Below the pieces are notes generated by a model. The model was not told the DNA's origin. It saw only the letters and a program-made list of their open reading frames with translations, and did no database searches. Of a stretch of DNA of 64,000 nucleotides, positions 39,721 through 54,556 are shown in pieces. The translations under genes and the position numbers were made by a program. This stretch comes from Eledone cirrhosa (taxonomy: Eukaryota), in the NCBI GenBank assembly GCA_964016885.1, contig OZ024747.1, positions 28,148,001 to 28,212,000 on the forward strand. The letters are read 5' to 3'. Positions within the stretch are counted from its first letter, which is position 1. Every line of letters begins with the position of its first letter.

Positions 39721-40596
39721 ACATACACAGAACATTAACTGAATGAGCACTCAATACATGTGAGCAGAATATAAGTTATATTTTTTAAAGAGACTGGTGG
39801 CTGTGACCTCAAAGTTTCAGCTGTGCTACTTCATCAGGCTGCAGAAGCATTGCGGTTGAAACTTTGAAGTCACTGCTAACAGATTTTTGAAAAATAAAAT
39901 CATCATCGTCATTTTATGTCAGCTTTCCACGCTGGCATGGCTTGTCTCAGTTAGACATGTTGGAGCAATTCATCTTGCTTGTTACATTCCATATTTGACA
40001 TGATTTCTATGACTAGATGCCCTTCCTAATGCCAGCCACCTTAGAGGGTGTAAAGGTTGTGAAATTTATAGCACTAAAGATGTCACATGCTCAGCTTGAC
40101 TGAAGAGTCCTTTGAAACCCTATATATACATATATATATATAATGAGTAAGTTTTTAAGAGAGAAGGCCTTTGACAGAGTGTTCTGGTCTCAAATCTGGG
40201 GCAAATTGGAGCTAGGAAAGGCATAAAACTGTAGAAATCATTCCAAAATGATTTACTTAAGAGGGCAGTACCTCCGATTAAGTACTGACTTGATCTGTAT
40301 TAGCCCGTCCAAACAAATGATTATACGCACATACACACAGTGGAATCAGTTTTAAATTAATTCGAGATGGCTACAATCAGGGCGTTTATATCTTACTATA
40401 TTCTACAATAAATTTTATTTCTAATTTCTTTTGAGAAAAAATCCCGCGGTAAAGTGTTACTTTAATGATTTCCTAAAAGAATCAATAATCACATAAACAA
40501 AATAAAATGGCTTATTACAAGAAGGGTTCGAAATCGTGTCTCTGATACGGTTTGTTGGGAGCCGAACTTCCGTTACTACGGAGAGAAAGCTATAAA

Positions 40597-40611
40597 GTGC
40601 CATCTAGTGGG
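40597..40611 (-). promoter_or_regulatory. CTCF-like motif CCCACTAGATGGCAC
   Basis: gtgccatctagtggg on +, matches the CTCF core consensus; intergenic, 1.1 kb upstream of the CACHD1 ATG. Confidence 0.55.
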
Positions 40612-41707
40612 AAAGGGCATAACAATTGGAGCAACTAGGGGGAAATAATTTCAACAGTGGCTAGCTTAAGTTCTTGAAGCAGTCAGTGGACAGTGTTAAT
40701 GGACCTAAATGTGAGAGAAGATGTAACACTTACAGGATTGTTGCTATATAAGATTTCTACCTCAAATATTTACTTATCCAGTGATATTTTAATTTGCTTT
40801 ATTTTATAATTATTTCCACCATGCACTCTCTGATCTGTTAAATTCCAGATCTAGGTAAATGATTTATAACTTTACTAAGTATTTTTACATTGTCGACAAA
40901 TGGAATACTGTATTTACTACACACTTGGAACTATCTTCTCCATTTATGCTTTAGTGTAGGTTTACAAAACACACTTTTACCTTTTTAAACTCTGTTTTTG
41001 TTCTTCTTATAGTAATGTTTTCTTAATTGAAACATCTATTTAAAAGAAAAAATATTTTAAATGTTTAATGACTAATTTACTCATCGCAAGTGTTCATTTA
41101 ATCGTAACATCATCTATATTTTGCTTCAATATCATTATGGATCTTTATGATTGTATGTAATACCTACATAAACACATGTACTCACACATAGACCCATTAA
41201 CACGCATATCTATGTATTATATTATATATATGTTTGTGTGTGTGTATACAATTTTTTTAAACTAAAAGGACAAGTCGCATATTTAGCGAGTGCTTGTTTA
41301 TGTATCCTATTTTTTAATTTAATATATATCTACATTGATTATACATAGAGTATACACACACGCACACATTTGTCCATCTATTAGTATATATATATTATTA
41401 AAAGAATAATAATTATTCTGAATGCCTGATGAATGTCTGCGGTGGAGAAATTTTCTGCTGCTATGATAAACAATTAAGTAATTAATTGTTTTAGCAGATC
41501 ATACATGTATTTTCATTTCAAACGCTCACTTATCGATTTCATTTAATATCTATCTTCATCTGCATTGATTATATACTATACCCACCCACACTCTCTCGCT
41601 CACACACAGTCACACACACACTATATATATATATATAAATCGGCATACATTTCTGCCCCGTTTGACCAAATGCTTCTTGAAGCCAGTTGTGTTGTTTTCG
41701 CAGCAAG

Positions 41708-42307
41708 ATGGCGGTTAAACTTTGTTTCTCTATAGTCCGACTGGTGTTTCCTTGCACCACATTATTTATATGTGCTCTGGCTAACAGCTCATCTTCCTCG
41801 AATGGCATCGATTTACTGAAGAAGAAGAAAGAGGACTTTTCACCAAATTCCCTGCCAAGAGAACTGTCTTTAAGTTCCAGTCCATCTTCTCCTTTTCTGC
41901 GGTCATCATCACCACCAGGGTTGTTATCGTCCTCCACTGGCAATAGTGGTGGTAGGACGTTCGCTTTCCAGACAGGACCTCTATCAAAACCGATCACGTC
42001 GAAACGGGAAACTTTCACTACTGCCCACAGTCAGGTCGATATTCCGAAAGATCCGAAGGATGGGAAACACGAAGGAAATTCTCGGAAAGTTTCGTCCAAC
42101 AAAGCAAAACATGGTAAATCTCAGTACAAAAAATCAAAAATAAAGGGTATTTATGATGATCGTTTCTTCAGGGAGAATAGCCTTACCATCCAAGAACCAA
42201 TTAATCCTAAAGACTTCGGTGGAATTATTATAGAGCATGAAGCTCAACGTTTGTCTGCACACTTGCGGAGGTTGACCAACGAAGAGATTGGAGTTACTAC
42301 CATGCAG
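41708..42307 (+). CDS. CACHD1: First coding exon of a CACHD1-like gene (VWFA and cache domain protein): signal peptide, Ser/Lys-rich linker, then HEAQRLSAHLRRLTNEEIGVTTMQ
   Basis: 600-nt open exon from ATG to cag|gtaaat; C-terminal part resembles recalled vertebrate CACHD1 EAQVLASQMRRLAAEELGVVTMQ. Confidence 0.78.
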
Positions 42308-43519
42308 GTAAATAGAAGTTTGATCTTTTTTGTTTTTCTGTTTCACTATGGCCTGACGGTTGCCCTCCCCCAAATTACTAGGGATTATCACTATGTGGGT
42401 ATGTCTATAATTCATTGGAAAATTTCTGTGGAAATATATAAAATATCGCTGAACTTGTCTCTAGCGTGGAGTTATTGTTGAATTGTTATAGTTAGTTGTT
42501 GAATTTTTGAAAATAAATTATGTTATTGTTTTTTAGAAGATCTTAGAATGGCATCAGTGATGACAAAGGGCTTTAAACCAACGACCACATGTCGTCAAAC
42601 TGACAGTATATAAATGATTCCTCCTCTTTCGTTGTTGTTATTTATCCTCAAACGAATTTTGAATGAGTAGAGCTATGCCCAGATCCTGTCTTTGGTGGGG
42701 GAGGGGATACATTATCCCATGGTGTGATTTGATTGAGAGGTTTGACAGTTACCTCTAGCAGATCGAATGGCTACGTAGAGGCACCTCGTTTACATGACTT
42801 ACTCCTAACTGTTCCAGTCCTTTGGCAGTGGCCATACTGGGGCACCGCCATTGTGGACATAATAAAAATGAAGATCGAGCATATATTTTATGATATCATC
42901 TCCGTTAGCATCTTTGATGCATTAATACATCTTCTGTATTTAGACTCTCTTGCAATGGCTAGTCTTTCACCTTACAGGGTAAATAAATATTTCCTCTACC
43001 ATGTCCCAGGCTAGCTAATAATCTGCTTATTTTGATATTATATATCTAAATTATAAATGTATCTACTACATGCATAATTATATTCACTTAACTCTATATT
43101 ATCTTAACTATATAACTCACCATCTATTTCTTTCTCTCTCTCTTTATATATATATATATATTATTATATATGTATATAGTGTAAGAGTGTAATGTTTGTA
43201 TTGCCTTTGCCCATTTATTTAGGTTTCTAAATATTCTATTGTCATTAGTGTATTTGAATGTTTACTTTTTATGTTGCTCTTCGGGGAAAACCAGCATTAT
43301 TATTATAAAGAAACCACGATAGATTGGGTAGAGCATCGGATAGATTCCGCCGTCAACTTAGTCTTTTATCTTTCCTCTTTCCGCGGTTGCTAAAATAAAT
43401 GTGGTCGATTTAATCGACTTAGCTCTCCCGAAATATTGCTGGCCTTGTATCCAAATTAGAAACTATCATCATCATTTCAGAAACCAATTTTGTCTATTTT
43501 CCGAGGGAAGAGGGGCCTC

Positions 43520-43552
<33 letters not shown>

Positions 43553-44034
43553 CCCAATCATATACTGGTTTCGATTAAATCGAGTGTTAATGTTATTACT
43601 TGAAAAAGCACGATAGTCTCAGCTCCTTAATAAGGGGTTGTGCTATCATGTCTCTGTGAGACAGTTTTATTAGGTCAAAAACGTCCCCTCAAGTAGGTTA
43701 AATACATTTGATCAAAAACATACAACAGGGGAAAAACGTTACTCCCTGCTGGTACTACCTACTACTGCTGCTACTATTTATGTTACTATTACTATTGTTG
43801 GTACTACTACTACTGTTTTCTTTGTTACTACTGTTACTATTATAACGATACTGTAAAAAGTATTACAACCACCACTTTAGTGTCTATAATGTCCTTCGCC
43901 AAGACATAAGCATCATACTTTTCTCAACACACATTTAATATTTACAATTTTAACTTGAATTATCCTGTACCACATGAAGCCGCATTAGCAAGTCATTCTT
44001 GAAATGTACAAAACAGCATTATGACTGCATCACG

Positions 44035-44195
44035 GCAAAGTTAACCTCGGCGGGATTTGAACTCAATACGGCCTTTTCCATTCTGAGTTCGAATCCCGCC
44101 GAGGTTAACTTTGCCTTTCATCCTTACGGAGTTGATAAAATAAAGTACCAGTAATGCACTGGGTGATTGCTGGCCTTGTGCCAAATGTAGAAACA
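44035..44195 (+). mobile_element. SINE insertion with 5' fold-back and 17-bp target site duplication
   Basis: attatgactgcatcacg at 44018-44034 and 44196-44212. Confidence 0.85.
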
Positions 44196-44985
44196 ATTAT
44201 GACTGCATCACGTTAAAATTTTCACAACGCTCTGCACACTAGTGGAGGATACTACACACATTTGAATTAACAAACTCGTTTTTAGATATTTTCTTCAAAA
44301 TCATTTCAAGATGTTAAGAGTTAACATAGATGAGAAGTACGCTTCTTAAACACAAGATCCCGAGTTTAACCTTAGTGGGTAACGTCTTGGATGTAATTTT
44401 CTACCATAACTTAGCTCGGCTAAACCAGTGTGAGTGAAATAGATAGACGGAAATTGTATGGAAGCCTGTCAGATGAACTACATCTATATTTAGGTAGACG
44501 TAAACTGCATCGAAGACTGTCGGATGGACCGCTGAAACTGTATGGAAAGCCATCAGATTGACTATCTGTAATTCAAAAACCCAGCCCAGTCATATTATAG
44601 TGCTAATTCTGCCCGAGGATTACGTTAAGGCTACAGTGCCTGCGGAATACTCAACCACTTACATGTTAATTCAACTGCAATATTAATTTACTTCATGTAT
44701 GTGTACACATGTATATATGTACACACTAATGTGTATGCTGATTTGGCAGAGCCGTTAAAACACTGGATATTTGTTCCAACTCTCTTCACTTTGAGATCAA
44801 ATCTCGTCAAGACCCACTCTGCCTTTCATCCTTTCGGGGCAAACCTCTCTCCTTCCAGCTTTCACATCCTGAACCAAGGCAGGTGGTTCATGACATCGTA
44901 AGCACATAAGACCATTGGCGAAAGCATGTTACATATTACCAAACATTGCAAGTGACGGCTGTGGTACTAGTAGTAGAGTAACATT

Positions 44986-45163
44986 TGGCAGTGTCGGTAG
45001 AGCGTCAGGCACTGTGCTTTGCAGCATAGTTATGGCTCTTTACGTTCGGAGTTCAAATCCCGCCGAGGTTAGCTTTGCCTTTCATCCTTACGGGGTCAAT
45101 AAAATAAAACACCAGTAATGCTCTCAGGCAATTGCTGGCCTTGTGCCTAAAGTAGAAACAATT
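44986..45163 (+). mobile_element. tRNA-derived SINE of a second family; inverted partial copy at 45288-45386; other copies near 3814-3965(-), 12558-12735(-), 30405-30500(+), 34110-34270(-)
   Basis: A box tggcagtgtcgg, B box gagttcaaatcc, body tttgcctttcatcc..aataaa..accagt..tgctggccttgtgcc. Confidence 0.8.
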
Positions 45164-46493
45164 ATATATGGGTGTGTATATTCGCTTGAATGGTAGACTA
45201 AATTTGTCACCTGGTTTAACATCAACACCGGTTGTACTTAGCGTTGTACCCCCTGTTGCAAGCATTTGAGCCAGGTTTAACTATAATAATTGTTTCTACT
45301 TTAGGCACAAGGCCAGCAATTCACCAGTGCATTACTGGTACTTTATTTTATCGACCCCGTAAGGATGAAAGGCAAAGTCAACCTCGAATGATTATTTTTA
45401 TGAGCCACGAGAGTTCAAGACATTGGAGACTGTAAAAGGACGAAGAAAGGAGAGAATTTGGTGATTCAAGTGACTTCACATAGAATGTTGTAACGACGGA
45501 CTTTATATATATATACTGCTATCAATATAACACCAAAATAGCAGGCTTTCCCAGAATCGAATCGGTTCACTATTTTCTGGGTTTTTTTTTTTGTATTTCT
45601 ATCCCCTATCTTCTGTTCTATTTCTGCAAATAACACCTGATGAAATCGCCTAGTCTTTCATCATAATCGGATGATAGAGCTGGGCCATCGAAATATGTAT
45701 AGTGCTTTCGCGGAATTAAAATTCTAAAGTAAATTTTCCAATCCGACCGTCTGTTGTTGTTTTTATGAATACTTAACTCAGTTCCTGCACCAACCACGAA
45801 ACACCACATCTACGATGGATGATCTGCATAACGTTGGGTGCTTTAATTAATTTGTAGCATCATCGTTTACTAACCCGAACCACCGGGTAAACAGCCTAAC
45901 GAATTATTTATCTAGGGCTCTTTTCAACGGCTGATAATACCTTACTGGTGCCACTCGAGTAAGGTAATTATTTAACCCATAAATGGGGCCCTAACAGGTA
46001 CTACTAATCTGGGAGAGAGCAAACTTGGGAGTGATATCAACTAAGGGGTAACTCCACAGCTCCTGAACTCCCGAACTGGCCTTGCAAATGCAGTTTAATG
46101 TCATACCCAGAACATAAAATGATATATATATATATATATATATCATCATCGTTTAACGTCTATCTTCCACGCTAGCATGAGTTTAGACAGGGATATCCCA
46201 CTTGAGGCAAGATTGGTCGTCTCGATCGTATGGGACTGTCTGGCAGATTTTCTACCGCTGGATGCCCTTCCTTACACCAACCATGTTTACAGTATATATA
46301 TATATATATATATAGTAATAATAACAATATTTATATTTATATGTGTTTAATATATAATTATAAATATGGAGGGTAGTACTAAGTACTAGCCGGTTACTGG
46401 TATGACAAAAGGCTCAATGCAAATTATCAAGTGTTTTACAGAGCCGAGATACAAAGTGTTAAAACAATCAAATCTTAGTTTAATACATTTATT

Positions 46494-46540
46494 TGCTGAC
46501 AATCGTTTCTTCCAGAGGGTTGTCTGGAATCATCGGAGCA
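46494..46540 (-). ncRNA. Hammerhead ribozyme motif, inverted partner of 47068-47114
   Basis: minus strand reads TGCT-CCGATGA-TTCCAGA(CAACCC)TCTGGAA-GAAAC-GATT-GTC-AGCA. Confidence 0.68.
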
Positions 46541-47067
46541 TAGGGAATGTCTAAACAGGTGATTAAAATCCTAGTCATTCAGAACATTTAGGTAGATACA
46601 TGTGTTGTTAGTGTCCTAGACATCATGTAGAGAATCAGGAGTTAAACAGAGGTTATGCTTGAGAGAACACAATTACAAGGAGCACTGGTGGAAAGTGCAA
46701 GAGGTACAAGCAAAAATTACAAGCAAGGAAAAATGTAAGGTAAGAGAAGATATCATAGCATTGGAGATCAGGTAATGTTAAGGGTATAAAATGCAGGAGT
46801 CAATACAATCAATAAGGCATGTATGAGGAAATTGTTATATTACAGCTGAAATAAGCATATTTCGTGTAGAATGTTAAAGCATGTTATAAGTGTTAGAAAT
46901 ATTTTAAATAGCGTGCTATATGGTAGGAGACATGTGGTGGTAAAATAGGTATATGTTATTATGTTATGTGATTCTCTACATGATGTCTAGGACACTAACA
47001 GCACTTATGTATCTACCTAAATGTTCTGAATGGTTAGGATTTTAATCACCTGTTCAGACATTCCCTA

Positions 47068-47114
47068 TGCTCCGATGATTGCAGAGATCCCTCTGGAAGA
47101 AACAATTGTCAGCA
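47068..47114 (+). ncRNA. Hammerhead ribozyme motif with core variant CCGAUGA
   Basis: TGCT-CCGATGA-TTgCAGAG(ATCC)CTCTGGAA-GAAAC-AATT-GTC-AGCA; palindromic ACAATTGT; AATAAA at 47115-47120. Confidence 0.7.
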
Positions 47115-47161
47115 AATAAATGTATTAAACTAAAATTTGATTGTTTTAACACTTTGTATGA

Positions 47162-47240
47162 ATATATATATATATATGTATGTATATATATGTGTATGTA
47201 TATATATATATATATATATGTATGTATATATATGTGTATG

Positions 47241-47273
<33 letters not shown>

Positions 47274-47946
47274 ATATATGTGTATGTATATATATGTGTA
47301 TGTATATATATATATATGTATGTATATATATATGTATGTATATATATATATATGTATGTATATATATATGTATGTATATATATATGTGTATGTATATATA
47401 TATATATATATGTACATATATGTATATGTATATATATATATATGTATATGTATGTATATATGTATATGTATATATATGTATATGTATATATATATATATG
47501 TATATGTATGTATATATGTATGTATATATATATATATGTACATATATGTGTATGTATATGTATATATGTATGTATATATATATATATGTACATATATGTG
47601 TATGTATATGTATATATATATATGTATATATATATGTATATGTATATATGTATATGTATATATATATATATGTATATGTATATGTATATGTATATATATA
47701 TATATGTATATGTATATATATATATATGTATATGTATATATGTATATGTATATATATGTATATATATATATATGTATATGTATATATGTATATGTATATA
47801 TATGTATATATATATATATGTATATGTATATATGTATATGTATATATATGTATATATATATATATATATATGTATATGTATATATATATGTATATGTATA
47901 TATATGTATATATATATATATATGTATATGTATATATATGTATATA
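47162..47946. repeat. Irregular (TA)nTG array
   Basis: direct reading. Confidence 0.95.
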
Positions 47947-48433
47947 GAGACTAACGCACAATTTCAACACTTCATGACAACGATACACACCATATGCAAA
48001 AAGTGTGTCCCAGAGAAAGAGGCAAACAGACACAAAAATCTTATTCCCAGAGATAGGAAAATCCTTATGAGACGTAGAACTAAACTCTCAAACCAGTTGA
48101 ATAGTCAACAAAACAAAAACAAGAAGGAATCCCATTTGAAACGTGCACTACTTGACACCGAGATTGCACTCAAACTTTCACATGAGAATGAGAGGGCAAA
48201 GAAAGAGAACAGGGCCATAGAAAACATTAAAACAAACCCTAAGGCCTTCTTTAAATTTGCAAAAGAAACTGCCTCAGTACACTGCAAGATTGGACCACTC
48301 TTCCACACGGACGGTTCATTAACCGAAAATCCCCAAGAGATATGTGAAATACTGAACGAACAGTACAAAAGTGTCTTCACATGTCCACTGAGGCACATGC
48401 AAATAACGAAGCCAGAGGAGTTCTTTGATGCCA
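47947..48433 (+). mobile_element. CR1-like LINE fragment (duplicated copy)
   Basis: near-identical to 48959-49445. Confidence 0.8.
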
Positions 48434-48521
48434 GATGATTCCAGAGATCCCTCTGGAAGAAACAATTGTCAGCAAATAAATGTATTAAACTAAAATTTGA
48501 TTGTTTTAACACTTTGTATGA

Positions 48522-48958
48522 ATATATATATATGTATGTATATATATGTGTATGTATATATATATATATATATATGTATGTATATATATGTGTATGTATA
48601 TATATATATATATATGTATGTATATATATGTGTATGTATATATATGTGTATGTATATATATGTGTATGCATATATATGTGTATGTATATATATATATATG
48701 TATGTATATATATATGTGTATGTATATATATATATATATATGTACATATATGTATATGTATATATATATATATGTATGTGTATATGTATATGTATATATA
48801 TATGTATATGTATGTATATATGTATGTATATATATATATGTACATATATGTGTATGTATATGTATATATATATATATGTATATATATATGTATATGTATA
48901 TATGTATGTATATATATGTATATATATATATATATGTATATGTATATATATGTATATA
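48522..48958. repeat. Irregular (TA)nTG array (duplicate unit)
   Basis: direct reading. Confidence 0.95.
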
Positions 48959-49876
48959 GAGACTAACACACAATTTCAACACTTCATGACAACGATACAC
49001 ACCATATGCAAAAAGTGTGTCCCAGAGAAAGAGGCAAACAGACACAAAAATCTTATTCCCAGAGATAGGAAAATCCTTATGAGACGTAGAACTAAACTCT
49101 CAAACCAGTTGAATAGTCAACAAAACGAAAACAAGAAGGAATCCCATTTGAAATGTGCACTACTTGACACTGAGATTGCACTCAAACTTTCACATGAGAA
49201 TGAGAGGGCAAAGAAAGAGAACAGGGCCATAGAAAACATTAAAACAAACCCTAAGGCCTTCTTTAAATTTGCAAAAGAAACTGCCTCAGTACACTGCAAG
49301 ATTGGACCACTCTTCCACACGGACGGTTCATTAACCGAAAATCCCCAAGAGATATGTGAAATACTGAACGAACAGTACAAAAGTGTCTTCACATGTCCAC
49401 TGAGGCACATGCAAATAACGAAGCCAGAGGAGTTCTTTGATGCCACAACACTACATCAAGAAATGGCAACCATCAACCACATAGACATAACGGAGGAGGA
49501 TGTGGTGTACGCCATTGATGAAATTAGAACAGACTCGGCTGCTGGACCTGATGGATTCCCAGCAGTTCTCCTAAAAATATGTAAGCGGGCCTTAGCAACT
49601 CCACTGAAGATGCTCTTCAGAAGCTCCTTGGCTAGCGGTGTACTACCCAGGGAGCTGAAAGAAGGCACAATATGCCCTATCCATAAAGGAGGTAGTAGAG
49701 CGGAGGCAAAGAACTATAGGCCAGTGTCCCTGACGTCGCATATCAGTAAGGTTATGGAGCGAGTCGTCAGAAAGAAACTAATCACTTTCCTCGAAGAAAA
49801 TGACCGCCTGACTAGCACGCAACATGGCTTCCGCCCAGGAAGAAGCTGCCTTACACAGCTGCTACATCACTACGAC
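48959..49876 (+). mobile_element. Internal CR1-like LINE fragment (linker plus RT N-terminus), open frame
   Basis: [43 protein letters not shown]. Confidence 0.9.
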
Positions 49877-49898
49877 TAGAAAGGCCGGAAGATAGGTA

Positions 49899-49943
49899 AA
49901 TATTGCTGATGAGATGTAACAACATCGAAACTAGTCCAATATT
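49899..49943 (+). ncRNA. Minimal type I hammerhead ribozyme (Penelope-type), predicted cleavage after C49936
   Basis: AATATTG-CTGATGA-GATGT(AACA)ACATC-GAAAC-TA-GTC-CAATATT: 7-bp stem I, intact core, 5-bp stem II, palindromic stem III ACTAGT, GUC triplet. Confidence 0.9.
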
Positions 49944-50166
49944 CCTTGTCTGGCTTTCTGGAGAATAGAGGAAAGGTGTTTCCTCGAAAACCAGTATGAC
50001 TCTAAAAACCGGTTTGTCTGTGTGTTTACATACAGAATAGCTGGACACTCACAGTAAAGTGTCCAGTGAAAAACTCGGTACATCTACATATGTACACGTG
50101 TGTGTATTCATATGCATACTAGTATTTCAGTATACATATGTGGATGTACATTTTTAACTTAATTGT

Positions 50167-52238
<2,072 letters not shown>

Positions 52239-52239
<1 letters not shown>

Positions 52240-52585
52240 CATCATCATCATCATCATTTCATTTTACATCCGCTTTTTCCCTGCTTGCAAGGGTGGGATG
52301 GGAACTGATGCTGGCTTGATTTCTACAGCTGGATGCCCTTCCTAACACCAACCTCATTTACAGTGAGTGCTGGGTGCTTTTTTGCCGTGGCACCTCCACG
52401 ACCACTTTACAGTGGAATGATAGGGACACCAGTCCCTATCATCTCATTTCTACAGCTGAGTAAACTGGAGCAATGTGAAATAAAGTGCCTTGCTCAAGGA
52501 AACAACACATCACCCGGTCTGAGAATTGAACTCACAACCTTTCGATTGCAAGGCCAATGCTCTAACCACTAAGCCATGTGCCTCC
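52239..52585 (-). mobile_element. tRNA-derived CORE-type SINE with RTE 3' tail; partial tandem copy at 52586-52785
   Basis: minus strand A box TGGCTTAGTGG, B box GAGTTCAATTC; tail shared with the RTE end at 20670-20718. Confidence 0.85.
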
Positions 52586-52785
52586 ATCATCATCATTTCA
52601 TTTTACGTCCGCTTTTCCCTGCTTGCAAGGGTGGGACGGGAACTGATTCTGGCTTGATTTCTACAGCTGGATGCCCTTCCTAACACCAACCTCATTTACA
52701 GTGAGTGCTGGGTGCTTTTTTGCCGTGGCACCTACACGACCACTTTGCAGTGGAATGATAGGGACCTCAGTCCCTATCATCTCAT

Positions 52786-53430
52786 TGATGTGGCCTTCCC
52801 TATCTTATGTCTAGCCCTATCTAAGCTATTCCATGATTTGCTCCTGTATAGTGGGCAAATTCCTTTCATGTCCAGTTCTATGAGGGTCTTATACTTTTCC
52901 ATGGCTCCTTCGTATACTCTGACTCTGTCTCTTTGGTTGTAGCCAGAGAACTGCATGCGGTTGATGAAGTGTTGGATGTGTCCTTCCATTTCTGTTGGGT
53001 CGCACATGCTGGACACATTCTTCATCACTCGTACCAAATCTGCGATCAGAATATTAAACTTAGCACTACTGGACATTGCTGAGTTTTTGAGTATCAGGTA
53101 TTTGGAGGCCATGGGTTTAGCATAGTGTGAGTGGAGAATTTGGGCTCTCTCGTCTATAGTGTTAATCCAGAGTTCTGTGTCTAATACAGGTAGTCTATTG
53201 TTAGGGTGTTTGGAAGGGAAGTCTATAGTTACAGTTATACTCTGGTGTATGGAATTAGCTATCTGCTGGATGCTTTCCATCGTGCTACGTTCTAAATCAA
53301 ACTTGTTAGTGCTCTCTAGTGGGGGTGTTCTTATAACTATATTGATATCGTCTACATAACGAGAGTACATGATGAGGTCTATGGAGCTTTCATTAAGGAG
53401 ATCTTTAAGTCTCCTTTCCCACCATACATA
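52786..53430 (-). mobile_element. Inverted copy of the 5' 645 bp of the Penelope-like fragment
   Basis: reverse complement of about 54557-55201; identical antisense 66-aa ORFs in the track. Confidence 0.93.

Positions 53431-54556
<1,126 letters not shown>

Larger units (their letters stand above)
46449..47159. repeat. Inverted repeat, about 190-bp arms (46449-46637 / 46969-47159), each with a hammerhead motif
   Basis: arms are reverse complements with scattered substitutions. Confidence 0.9.

Noticed and set aside
41426-41458. CTGATGA...GAAA hammerhead-like string upstream of CACHD1
   Set aside because: No convincing stems I, II or III
43523-43551. Long poly(A) run
   Set aside because: No attached retrocopy body or TSD identifiable
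52500-52585. tRNA genes here and near 20970, 38655 and 44986
   Set aside because: A and B boxes only, no full cloverleaf, and each runs into a SINE body
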